Source of the DNA: the human T2T-CHM13v2.0 reference genome, Homo sapiens
DNA: 64,000 nt
NCBI RefSeq assembly: GCF_009914755.1
Contig: NC_060947.1
Strand: one strand, 5' to 3'
In this document: in pieces, positions 1-12,869 of the stretch
Layout of the letters: every line of letters starts with the position of its first letter
Numbering within the stretch: position 1 is the first letter of the stretch
Position numbers and translations under genes: made by a program
Notes under the pieces: generated by a model
Told to the model about the DNA's origin: nothing
Database searches by the model: none
What the model saw: the letters and a program-made list of their open reading frames with translations, nothing else

Positions 1-184
1 ATTAAATGAAGTAATGTTTGGAGTATGCTTGGCACATAGTGATTAAGATCTGACCTCAATTCACAAACCTCCAAGAAAGCTGGTCTCCAGGACAAAAAGG
101 ACAGGTCCACTAAGCCTTATCTGAAATCCCATGAATAGCGCAAAAGCACCATTTATAAAAGGGAAACTATAAACTATACCTCAT
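1..184 (+). repeat. Direct repeat copy A (pairs with 63817-64000); starts in a MIR 3' portion
   Basis: Ungapped manual alignment to 63817-64000 gives 163/184 identical. Confidence 0.9.
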
Positions 185-310
185 TAAAATCAGGACATGC
201 AAAAAAGGTGAAAAGACTATGAGAAAATATTCACAAACCATATATCTGACAAAAGACTAGGACCTAAAATATTAAAAAAAAACTTGCAAACTCAAGAAAC
301 AAATAATTTA

Positions 311-537
<227 letters not shown>

Positions 538-864
538 GGCAAAAAAATTTTAAATGGTGTTCCACATCAATACCTCAACATAAGGAAAATGCAGATTAAA
601 ACTACAATGGGATGTCACTATACAGCTATCAAAGAGAATGGTTGAAATGAAAAGTAGTGATAATAACAAATGCTGCTGAGGGTATGGAGAAACAGAATCA
701 CTCATACATTGCTGTGGGAATGTGAAATGGTAGAGTCACTCTGGAAAATCATTTCTTTAAAAAGTGAACATGCAACTGCTGTATGACTGACAATTGCACT
801 ACTGAGCATTTGTCCCAGAAAATGAAGACTTGTGCTCATGCAAAATTGTGTACATGAATATTCA

Positions 865-1202
<338 letters not shown>

Positions 1203-1430
1203 GAAGGGAAAACAAAACAAAACTTGGAAACAGCTCATATGTCTTATAGTAGGTGAATGGTTAGAGAAAAATACTGTGGTATATCCACCACCACAGATAT
1301 GACCCAGCCATGAAAATTAGTGAACTGTTAGTACACACAACAGTCTAGATGGCTCTTCAGGGAATTATGCTGAATAAAAAGAGCCAATCCATAAGGTTAC
1401 AGACAGTAGGATTCCCTTTATATAATATTC

Positions 1431-1575
1431 TTTTTTATTATTTATTTCTTTATTTATTTTAAACTTTTATTTTAGGTTCAGGGGTACATGTGCAGGTTTG
1501 TTATATAGGCAAACTCATATCGCAGGGGTTTGTTGTACAGATTATTTCGTCACCCAGGCACTAAGCCTATTACCC
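1431..1575 (-). mobile_element. Short L1P 3'-end fragment
   Basis: T-rich tail then ttcaggggtacatgtgcaggtttgttatatagg, the reverse complement of a primate L1 3' terminus. Confidence 0.85.
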
Positions 1576-1582
1576 TATATAA

Positions 1583-1880
<298 letters not shown>

Positions 1881-3159
1881 TCTATAATATTCTTGTAATG
1901 ACAAAATTATAGAACTGGCAAACAGATTAGTGATTACCAGGGATTAGGGATGGGTGCTGGGGTCTGGGAGGGAGGTACATGTGATTATAAAAGGAAAAAT
2001 GAATGATCCTTGTGGTAATAAAATTGTTCAGTATGTTGACTGTGCTGTTAGATACATGAACCTACATATGTGATAAAATTCCGTGGAACAAAATACACAC
2101 ACATGCAAATGGGTACACGCAAAACCAGGGAAATGTGAATAACATCGGTGGATTGTACAAATGTCATTGTCTTGGTTGCGATCTTGTAGTACAGTTTTCT
2201 AAGATGTTACCCTTTGGGGAGACTGGATCTAGGGTACATGGGATCTCTCTGTATTATCTCTTACATCTACAATTACCTCAACTAAGATTTCAATAAACAC
2301 ATAGACAGTGACAGATAAAGTGCCACTAATTGTAAAACTAAATCAGAAATAAAATAAAGCAATGACAGAGAACCTCTCTCAGAGAAGCAAGAGGTACAAC
2401 TCCCAGAGCAATTTCTACGCAGAGCACTGTGTCATGAAGCCTGATCCAAGGTCCTGTCTGGACTCGATGGGACAGAGAACCTCTTCAGTGATGTCTGCCC
2501 TCATGAAGGTGGAAGTGTTCTGAGAACCAGTGCTGCATATTCACCACCCATTCTATGTGGAATGCCTGTCTCATAATGACAGCGTGGCACTGTGACATCT
2601 GGGGTAGAGGGGGTTTTGAGGCAGCAGGGCCTGTTTAGGGCTCCACAAATTCCACCACCGTAGACCACGCCCTACAAGTGCAGGTGGGTTCCATGATTAC
2701 ATTGGGCTGTACACTAGCCAGATCCCTAAGGGGCTGAGACCGCGGCTAATGTACCAGAAGCTGATATTCACTGAACCTAGGCCCTGGGCTCTACATGAAT
2801 CAATTTACTAAGTACTTTGCATGAATCAATTTACTTAATCCTTGCCACAGTCCTATTGCTTACTTTTGAAAACCAGGCTTTCCTGTTCCCACATGTTCCA
2901 ACCCTGGTGTATTAGGTGTTCATTCTGCCACTGGGTCATTGGCTGATACTGACTTCTTCGTAGAGCAGCTGAGAGGTCCTTGAGAGTGACTCTCATCAGC
3001 CACTCCTCACTCACCTCCTGCCTCCTGTGCCCCAGGATTGCTGGCTAATTAGGAAGTGGCCAAGTGGGACCGTGCAGGGATCCTGGACTCTCCACAGCCA
3101 CCACATCCTGTGGTCAGACAGCAGGGCTCCAGGGCAGGGATCTTGGGTAACAATAGCCG

Positions 3160-3400
3160 ACCTATATGGAGCATTGCCTGGGTGCCAGACCCTGTGCTCA
3201 GAGCGTCACCCCTATCCTCTGACTTCATCCCCACCAGTGTCCTGTGAAATTGGTAGGATTTCCATCCCTTTTTCGTGATAAAGAGATCAAGGGTTACAGA
3301 GGTGAAGTTGCGCGAGTGCACAAAGCTGATCAGTGGAGAGCAGTAATTTGCACCCAGGCTTGGCTGACCCCAGAGCCCGTGATCAAGTTTAGAGTCCTGC
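3160..3400 (-). mobile_element. MIR fragment
   Basis: Degenerate reverse MIR core (gtgccagaccctgtgct...cagaggtgaagttg...aatttgcacccagg). Confidence 0.55.
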
Positions 3401-4025
3401 ACAGGGCCTAGCGAAGGTCTCAGTAAATGTACAATGGCTGAATGAAAGGCCACTGGATAAATCTCATCCTGGGGCAGTACTAGTAGTCCTTAGGGTATGT
3501 GTCCTGAAATGAGGTAGCAAACCCGTCAACTGGGGTATAGGTGTGATCTGAGCTTGCGCTAAAAGATCCATCTCCTTATAGAGGCGTCAAGGAGAATTGT
3601 TCGTTTGTTGAGTACCTGCTATACATCCAGTTCTGGGCTACACTTCAAGGATGAATGAGATGGGGTCCCCTGTTTTAGAAAACACTCAGTGTTGCTGTGG
3701 AGACCAATGTCAGTTGTGAACTTCATGGTCTTTACCTGCTGTTTCCATCTTGTGAGGCCCCGTCCACCTTGTCACCTTACTTCAGATCACCACTTGGGCT
3801 GTGACTGCTATACATTTCTGTGATGGGTTTCACTTAGGAGTTTTAGACTGTTTTGTGATTGGGCTTGGCTGGGCCTGGGCCTCCTGATATGGTGGTTTAA
3901 CCCTCATTTCAGCATGTGTGTGTGTCATGGGGTGGTGAGAAGATACATTATTACAAGAATTTAAGCTTCCTTCCTTTTTCAAGTGTCTTTCCCATATACT
4001 CTCCTAATTGGTATTTTGTTGGGCT

Positions 4026-4204
4026 AGTGGTTCTCAAAGTGTATACCCTGGACCAGCAGCATTACCTAGGAGTTTTTTGAATGCAAAAGATCAGGCCCCA
4101 ACCCAGACCTACTGAATCAGAATCCCTGGAGTTGGGCCCAGCAATCTGTGTTTTGACAAGCTCTCCAGGTGATCATGATGCAAGCTCAGGTTTAAGAATC
4201 ATTG
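4026..4204. mobile_element. MER5A-like hAT-Charlie DNA transposon relic
   Basis: Ends tagtggttctcaaag and tttaagaatcattg; core cccagacctactgaatcagaa and ctccaggtgat. Confidence 0.85.
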
Positions 4205-5511
4205 ATAAATATAATGGGCCTGGGGTGTGGCTGGTACTTCATAAATGGTCAAGATGGTTACTTGGAATGATTCTGATACTTTGTAGAGCTGACTGGTCAA
4301 GAACTTGTTGTTCCTGAAGGAGGCAACATGGACCTGGTGCTCACCTTGGTTTCCCAAGGACCTTCAAGTATTTAGCCCTGAAAGTCCCACATCCTGGCAA
4401 CTTCCTATAGTCACAGACATTTAGTTACCTTACTGATAAAGGGCAGTGTAGTGCCACCCATTGTTTCCAGGGTGCCATTATGTACCTTGAATTTACAGAG
4501 GGGCAAACTGTAACAGAGAGAAGTCACACAGTTAGGAAGGATGTGTTGGTGCCAGAATTCAAATCCAGATCTGTCTCACTCCAGAGTCTATGCTTTTAAC
4601 AAATTTCTCAATGTGGAATTGCTATGTCAGAGCATGCATGTGAAAAATTTCTAATACTGTTGCTGAATTCTTATTCAAGAGGCACACCACATTGCCTCTT
4701 GTCCGAGAGCCACAGCAACACACATATTTTTATGCACTATTGTATATATATTAATGCAGCATATATATGTATGTATATATGACAATGCATATAAAAAGAT
4801 GTGTTTTTTCCATATATTTACCAAATGGGGTTTTATGAACCTGTTTGATCTTTGCCAATCTGATAAGTAGGCCTCATTTTATTTTCTGGTGCACATTTTT
4901 GACTTCAGCTAGTGTGATCAGTTGGACAGCAAAGCTGAGTGTAATGGGACACAAGAAATTGAATAGGGCATACCTTGTTTTGGCTTAGTGTGAACTTCAT
5001 TGAAATAAAGTCCTGATGCACTTCAGAGGCTCCTGGGGATACCATTAAAGATACATATGTGAAAATCTATGAGGATGAACATCCCATCTCATTGGTCCCA
5101 AGTGGATGCCAGGATTGAAGAGACCATTTTGTAAAGAAGCTTGCTGGTCTTTTCTAAGTCTCTAAAGACATCTTCCTCCTTCAAGTTGCAGTTACATGCT
5201 TGCGGCTTGGCTGAGAAACCCATTAGGTTACCTGGGGGAACAACATGTTGGAGGTTTAGGACACATACTCTCTCTATTCTTCAAGGGAATTTGTCTCTTT
5301 CTTCCAACCTCCTCAAATTGGTGGCAGAGTAGAGAGACATTTGATCTGTCAAAGGAATTGGAGAGGGCACAGGAATTCAAAAGCATGAGGTTGGAGGAGA
5401 TATATACATGTTGTAAATGTGGAGAATCCACTAGCAAGTGAAAATGGGAGCCGTATTCCTGTACAAAGCCTACAAAAAGTTTGTGACTGAGGTGTTGAAA
5501 ATACGGAAGTT

Positions 5512-7290
5512 CTGACTCTCAATTCTTGTTTGCCTTTGAGGTCTCAACTCACCTGGACTGTTTTACCCCAAGGGTTCAGGGATAGCCCTCATCTATTTGG
5601 CCAGTAATTAGCCCAAGACTTGAGCCAGTTCTCATATCTGGACATTCTTGTCCTTCAGTATGTGGATGATTTACTTTTAGCCACCCGTTCAGAAACCTTG
5701 TGCCATCAAACCACCCAAGCACTTTTTAACTTCCTCGCCACCTGTGGCTGTTTCCAAACCAAAAGCTCAGCTCTGCTCACAGCAGGTTAAATACTTACGG
5801 CTAAAATTATCCAAAGGCACCAGGGCCCTCAGTGAGGAATGTATCCAGCCCATACTGGCTTATCCTAATCCCAAAACCCTAAAGCAACTAAGAGGCTTCC
5901 TTGGCATAACAGGCTTCTGCCGAATATGGATTCCCAGGTATGGCGAAATAGCAGGCCATTATATACACTAGTTAAGGAAACTCAGAAAGTCAATAACCAT
6001 TTAGTAAAATGGACACCTGAAGCAAAAGTGGCTTTCCAGGCCCTAAAGAAGGCCCTAACCCAAGCCCCAGTGTTAAGCTTGCCAACAGGGCAAGACTTTT
6101 GTTTAAATGTCACAGAAAAAACAGGAATAGCTCTAGGAGACCTTACACAGGTCCAAGGGATGAGCTTGCAACCCATGGCATACCTGAGTAAGGAAATTGA
6201 TGTAGTGGCAAAGGGTTGGCCTCATTGTTTACTGGTAGTGGCGGCAGTAGCAGTGTTAGTATCTAAAACAGTTAAAATAATACAGGGAGGAGATCTTACT
6301 GTGTGGATATCTCATGATGTGAATGGCATACTCACTGCTAAAGGAGACTTGTGGCTGTCAGACAACCGTTTACTTAAATATCAGGCTCTATTACTTGAAG
6401 GGCCAGTGCTGCGACTGCGCACTTTTGCAACTCTTAACCCAGCCACATTTCTTCCAGACAATGAAGAAAAAATAGAACATAACTGTCAAGTGATTGCCCA
6501 AACCTACACCATTCGAGGGGACCTTCTAGAGGTTCCCTTGACTGATCCCAACCTCAACTTGTCTACTGATGGAAGTTCCTTTGTAGAAAAAGGACTTCAA
6601 AAAGCAGGGTATGCAGTGGTCAGTAATAATGGAATACTTAAAAGTAATCCCCTCACTCCAGAAACTAGTGCTCAGCTGGCAGAACTAATAGCCCTCACTC
6701 AGGCACTAGAATTAGGAAAAAAAAAAAGGATAAATATATATACAGACTCTAAGTATGCTTACCTAGTCCTCCATGCCAATGCAGCAATATGGAGAGAAAG
6801 AGAATTCCTACCTTCTGAGGAAACACCTATCAAACGTCAGGAAGCGATTAGGAGATATTATTGGCTGTACAAAAACCTAAAGACCTTACACTACCGGAGT
6901 CATCAGAAAAAAAAAAAAAGGGAAATAGAAGGAAACCGCCAAGCGGATATTAAAGCCAAAAGAGCCACAAGGCAGGACCCTCCATTAAAAATGCTTATAG
7001 AAGGACCCCTAATATGGGATAATCCCCTCCGGGAAACCAAGCCCCAGTACTCAAAAGAAAAAATAGAATGGGGAACCTCACGAGGACATAGTTTCCTCCC
7101 CTCAGGATGGCTAGCCACCAAAGAAGGAAAAATACTTTCGCCAGCAGCTAACCAATGGAAATTACTTAAAACCCTTCACCAAACCTTTCACTTAGGATTG
7201 ATAGCAACCATCAGATGGCCAAATCATTATTTACTGGACCAGGCCTTTTCAAAACTATCAAGCAGATAGTCATGGCTTGTGAAGTGTGCC
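5512..7290 (+). pseudogene. HERV-W pol fragment (RT C-terminal part, RNase H, start of integrase), frameshifted
   Basis: QLTWTVLPQGFRDSPHLFG; YVDD at 5659-5670; RNase H motifs TDGSS, SAQLAELIAL, IYTDSKY; ends at the integrase zinc-finger CEVC. Split across ORFs 5744-5971 and 5926-7269. Confidence 0.93.
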
Positions 7291-7299
7291 AAAAAACAC

Positions 7300-8353
7300 C
7301 CCCTGCGCTTCAGGCCATACATTTCAATCCCTGTACCTGAACAATCGAACAACTTCAGCACAGAAATAAACACCACTTCCATTTTAGTAGGACCTCTTGT
7401 TTCCAATCTGCAAATAACCCATACCTCAAACCTCACCTGTGTAAAATTTAGCAATACTATAGACACAACCAACTCCGAATGCATCAGGTGGGTAACTCCT
7501 CCCACACAAATAGTCTGCCTACGCTCAGAAATATTTTTTGTCTGTGGTACCTCAGCCTATCGTTGTTTAAATGGCTCTTCAGAATCTACGTGCTTCCTCT
7601 CATTCTTAGTGCCCCCTATGACCATCTACACTGAACAAGATTTATACAATTATGTCGTACCTAAGCCCCACAAGAAAAGAGTACCCATTCTTCCTTCTGT
7701 TATCGGAGCAGGAGTGCTAGGCGGACTAGGTACTGGCATTGGCAGTATCACAACCTCTACTCTGTTCTACAAACTATCTCAAAAACTAAATGGTGACATG
7801 GAACGGGTCGCCGACTCCCTGGTCACCTTGCAAGATCAACTTGACTCCCTAGCAGCAGTAGTCCTTCAAAATTGAAGAGCTTTAGACTTGCTAACCACCA
7901 AAAGAGGGGGAACCTGTTTATTTTTAGGGGAAAAATGCTGTTATTATGTTAATCAATCCGGAATCATCACCGAAAAAGTTTAAAAAATTCGAGATTGAAT
8001 ATAACATAAAGCAGAAGAGCTTCAAAACACCGGACCCTGGGGCCTCCTCAGCCAGTGGATGCCCTGGATTCTTCCTCTTAGGACTTCTAGCAGCTATAGT
8101 ATTGTTACTCCTCTTTGGACCCTGTATCTTTAAGCTCCTTGTTAAGCTTGTCTCTTCCAGAATCAAAGCCATAAAGCTACAAATGGTTCTTCAAATGGAG
8201 CCCCAGATGCAGTCCATGACTAAAATCTACCACAGACCCCTGGACTGGCCTGCTAGCCCGTGCTCCAACATTGATGATATTGAAGGCACCCCTCCTGAGG
8301 AAATCTCAACTGCACGACCTCTACTACACCCCAATTCAGCAGGAAGCAGTTAG
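7300..8353 (+). pseudogene. HERV-W env fragment (SU C-terminal half and TM), syncytin-1-like but defective
   Basis: FRPYISIPVPEQ...KKR/VPILPSVIGAGVLGGLGTGIG fusion peptide; immunosuppressive domain broken (LQN*, TGA 7873-7875); CLFLGEKCC; ends PNSAGSS*. No signal peptide or N-terminal SU. Confidence 0.93.
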
Positions 8354-8409
8354 AGCGGTCATTGGCCAACCTCCCCACAGCACTTGAGTTTTCCTGTTGA
8401 GGGGGTTAC

Positions 8410-8735
8410 TGAGGGACAGGACTAGCTGGATTTCCTAAGCCGACTAAGAATCCCTAAGCCTAGCTGGGAAGGTGACCACATCCACTTTTAAACACAGGGC
8501 TTGCAACTTAGCTCACACCCGACTAATCAGGTAGTAAAGAGAGCTCACTAAAATGCTAATTAGGCAAAAACAGGAGGTAAAGAAATAGCCAATCATTTAT
8601 TGTCTGAGAGCACAGTGGGAGGGACAATGACTGGGATATAAACCCAGGCATTCGAGCTGGCAATGGCTACCCTCTTTGGGTCCCCTCCCTTTGTATGGGA
8701 GCTCTGTTTTCACTCTATTAAATCTTGCAACTGCA
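8410..8735 (+). promoter_or_regulatory. LTR17 U3-R (3' LTR lacking U5) with CCAAT, TATA and ATTAAA poly(A) signal
   Basis: tgagggacaggactagctggatttcc after a purine tract; agccaatca near 8590; gatataaa near 8636; ATTAAA at 8717-8722. Confidence 0.88.
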
Positions 8736-9109
8736 AAAAAAAAAAAAAAAAAACAAAAAAAAAAAACAAAATATGGAACTTGAAGGAATAATGAAAAGTA
8801 AAGTTAATGTATATATAACTTAGACTCTGAAAGGAAGAAGGAGGCCTCAAGAAAGGCCTAAAAACTGGAGGAGGCCCTGTTGCAGATGGCTAAAGTTTAG
8901 AAGAAAGGAAAGTTCTACATACCATGTTCCAAGAAAGAGGTAGTCTACATGAGTTGTGGAGTCCCTGTGTCCCTAATGTGGTAGCTTTCTGATGTGATTG
9001 CCTGCTTGGAAGATTTCTCCCAAGTGACTTACATTCACAGCAGGTAGACTGGACAACTAACATGGATTGATACCTTGGTGAAGAGAAAACCAAAAAAAAA
9101 TTTCCTTTT

Positions 9110-10545
9110 TAGAATATTTCCAGCTCTATCAAGTTGTAATTTAGATACAATAAGATAATAAGATCCACCCATTTTATTTTTATTTTTTAGATGATTTAGA
9201 TTTTATTTTATTTTTATTTATTTTTCTTCAATTTTTATTTTAAGTTTGGGGGTACGTGTGCAGGATGTGCAGGTTTGTTACACAGGTAAACGTGTGCCAT
9301 GCTGGTTTGATGTACAGGTCATCTCATCACCTAGGTACAAGCCCAGCATCCATTAGCTATTCTTCCTGATGCTCTCCTTTTCCCAACACCCCGGCTCCAA
9401 CAGGCCCCAGTGTGTGTTGTTCCCCACAATGTGTCCATGAATCCACCAGTTTTAAATGTATAGTTGGATGAATTTTAGTAATTTTATACGGTTGTGTAAT
9501 CACCACCACAATTAAGTCATGGTGCAGTTTCGTATATCTAAAAAGTTTCCTTGTGCCAATTTATACCCTTCCAAGACCCCATTAATTTGCTTTCTGTCAC
9601 TGCAGTCTTTTGTATTTGACTTCTTCTACTTAGCATAATATTTTTGAGATTTATCCATCTTGTTGGGTCTATCAGGATTTGTTCCTTTTAATTGCACAGT
9701 TTGTTTATCCATTCATCAGTTGATGGACATTTGAATTGTTTCCAGTTTGGGGCTACTATGAATCATGCTGCTATGAACTTTTGAGTGTGGGTATTTCTGG
9801 ATGTATATTTTCACTTCTTTTGTGTAGATATCTAGAAGTGGAATTTCTGGGTTGTATGTTAACTGTATGTTTAATTTCATAACATATATAACCTCCTCCC
9901 ATACTGTTTTCCAAGTGGTTATACCCACTTTGGATTCTCACCAGCAATTTCTATGAGAGATCTATTGATCCACATCCTTTCCATCACTTGGTATTGTCAG
10001 TCTTTTTAATACTAGCCATTTGAATGGGTGTGTAGTGATGTATCACTGTGGTTCTAATTCACATTTTTTCATATGGCTAATGATGTTGAGTATCTTTTCA
10101 TGTACTTATTGGCCATTCATACACTTACTTTTGTGAAATGTCTGTTCAAACATTTTGCCTATTTTTAATTGGCTTATTTGTCTTTTTCTTACTGAGTGAT
10201 AGGAAATGTTTATAGATTCTGGATACATGTTAGATGTATGTATTGCAAATATTTTCTCCTTGTATCTTATGAAGAATAGAAGTTTTGAATTTTATGAAGT
10301 CCAATTTATTAAATGTTTTCCTTTTATGGTTTATGCTTTTTGTATCCTAAGAAATCTCAGCCTACCACAAGGTCCCAAATTTTTCTCTTATGTCTTCTAG
10401 AAACTTGATAGTTTTAGTTTGTACATTTGGGTCTATCTATGGAACATTTTGAGTTAATTTTTGTGCCTGGTGTGAGATAAGGGTAGAGGTTTATATTCTT
10501 TCCCAAATGGATATCCATTTGTTCCAGCATTATTTGTTTAAAAAA
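9110..10545 (-). mobile_element. Old L1M 3' region with a nested L1PA 3' fragment (about 9172-9440)
   Basis: Reverse L1 3' motifs. The nested piece gtgcaggatgtgcaggtttgttac...caggccccagtgtgtgttgttcccc is flanked by atccacccattt / atccaccagttt. Confidence 0.8.
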
Positions 10546-10547
10546 CA

Positions 10548-10872
<325 letters not shown>

Positions 10873-11729
10873 AGTCCTAGTTTGTTTGTTTGCTTTTCTT
10901 CTGTTTTCTCTCTGTACTTGTATTTTACTGAGCTAAGGGTCCGTTGTCTGTATCTGGTAACAATCATGTGGATCTAAATTGTAAGTGGAAATACTACTGT
11001 TGCTTCAGAAATGGAGCCTAGGTTGTAAGGAATATTAGTAATTTGGCTATGGCATTTGGTAATGTTTTGTGGATGTGTAAACTAAGGATACCACAAGAAG
11101 AACCAATACACATGTTAATCCATTTATCCTCACCTATCTTTGAAGACCTCCAAAAATATTAACTGTAATTTAGCTCAGAAACTATCAAACCTAGCCTCGT
11201 CTGAATCACTTAAATTGTCTTAAATTTTGCCTTCAATTGTCCTTTATTTTTATTGTAGAGATAATGACTGCATATGGTTTCTAAGAAATTGAACAGTATA
11301 GAAGAGAAAGTTTCCTGTTTATTTACTAGTTTCCAGTCAAGAGGTAACTGTTTAAAATTAATTTGAATTTTGAGTTTTTCTGATGATTAACATCATTACT
11401 TTAAAAATGTGTTTATACTTCTAGCTCTTGCTTTATCATTTTTAGACAGTATTTGTTGACTACTAAGAAAAATGAAGGATTTAACATATGCTACCTCTTT
11501 AACCTATTTCTGATTTCCTCCAAATTTTATTATATTATTATAATTTTCAGAACATCTTAGTGGTTGCCTTTACAACTTTAAGTAATATACTTAAATCTCT
11601 ATTTCTGGATCCATTAATTACATACAACGTTTATTGGCGCTCATTTCAGAGATGCTTGCCTACACTCTTTCTCCCTCCACTGCTTCCGACTTCTGCCAGG
11701 TATAATATTTCTTGTATGTTATTAAGCTC

Positions 11730-11950
11730 ATAGTAACTACTGCCTGTGTTCAAATCTCTGTTCCAACACTTGTTATCTATGTAATCTTGGGTAAATTACT
11801 GAACGTCTCTGTGCCATCACTTTCCTCAATTGTCAAATGGAGATGATAACATCTTCATAGGGTTGCTGTAAGATAAAATTTCACTGAAATCGAAATAAAT
11901 ATTTCAAAGCACTTAAAATTATATTTGGCATATAGTAAGTGCTTTTTAAG
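11730..11950 (+). mobile_element. MIR
   Basis: gttcaaatctctg...cttgggtaaattactgaacgtctctgtgcc...tttcctcaattgtcaaatgg. Confidence 0.8.
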
Positions 11951-12059
11951 TGTTAAATATAAAAATAAAATGACAAAATTTAAAAATAAAAAAATTCTGT
12001 TTTACAACTTTAATGAAATCTTCAGACTGCTGTATCTCTAGCTTGATTCAAAAAATCAA

Positions 12060-12562
12060 ACCAATGGGCAAAAGAGATAAACATTTCACCAAGGAGGATA
12101 TACAGATGGCAAATAGGCACATGGAAATATGTTCAACATCATTAATTGTTAGGGAGACTTAAATTAAAAACACAATGAGATCACTATGTATCTATCAGAA
12201 GGGCTAAAATTTGTACAGTAACACATGCTTTGGAAGAGGTGGTGAAACTGGATCACTCATACAGTGCTGGTAGAAATGTAAAATGATACAGCCACTTTAG
12301 AAGAAAGTTTCTTTTGGAGGAAAGTGGGTATAGATATAAGAAGGAAACATAAGGGATTCTTGTGGTGATGGAATTGTTCTGTATTTTGACTGTACCTTGA
12401 CTGTACCAATGTCAATATCTTGGTTATGATATTGTGTTATAATTTTACAAAGTGTCGTCAGTGAGGGAAATGGGGTAAAGGATACACTGGATCCTCTGGC
12501 TCTCTCTGTATTGTTTCTTACAACTACATGTGAATCTAAGATTACCTTAAAATGAAAAGTTT
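12060..12562 (+). mobile_element. L1M 3' fragments
   Basis: Same class of motifs as 185-2300 (atacagatggcaaataggcacatg, tgtggtgatggaattgttctgtat). Confidence 0.7.
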
Positions 12563-12564
12563 AC

Positions 12565-12869
12565 AGCTAGGCATGGTGGCACATGCCTATAATCCTAGCA
12601 ATTTGGGAGGCTGAGGCAGACGGACTGCTTGAGCCCGGGAGTTTGAGACCAGCCTGGCCAACATGGCAAAGCCCCATCTCTACGAAAAAAATACACAAAA
12701 TTATCCGGGCATGGTGGCACGTGCCTGTAGTCCCAGCTACAGAGAGGGTGCTGAGGTGGGGGAATGACCTGAGCCCGGGAAGTTGAGGCTGCAGTGAGCC
12801 ATGATTGCACCACTGCACTACAGCCTGGGTAATGGGAGTGAGACCCTGTCTCAAAAAAAAAAAAAAAAA
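12565..12869 (+). mobile_element. AluJ
   Basis: Dimer with J-type cttgagcccgggagtt and gaggctgcagtgagccatgat; TSD-like aaaagttta / aaaagctta. Confidence 0.9.

Larger units (their letters stand above)
5512..8767 (+). mobile_element. HERV-W (HERV17/LTR17) processed pseudogene, L1-mobilised and 5'-truncated
   Basis: Starts within RT; order is pol, env, U3-R, poly(A) from 8735. No U5 and no 5' LTR. TSD aaaatacggaagtt (5498-5511) / aaaatatggaactt (8768-8781). Confidence 0.95.

Noticed and set aside
2794-2835. 16-bp direct repeat catgaatcaatttact with a 10-bp spacer; also gacagagaacctct twice near 2364 and 2471
   Set aside because: Only two copies each, most simply explained by local micro-duplication; not an array.
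5926-7269. 447-aa ORF as a functional gene
   Set aside because: A pol fragment that enters and leaves the true frame through frameshifts; it lacks the RT N-terminus and an upstream promoter.
7279-8353. Possible syncytin-like domesticated env
   Set aside because: No signal peptide, a stop at 7873 in the immunosuppressive domain, and further disruptions in TM.
12060-12562. Similarity to 330-800 and 2010-2300
   Set aside because: Explained by independent copies of related L1M 3' ends.
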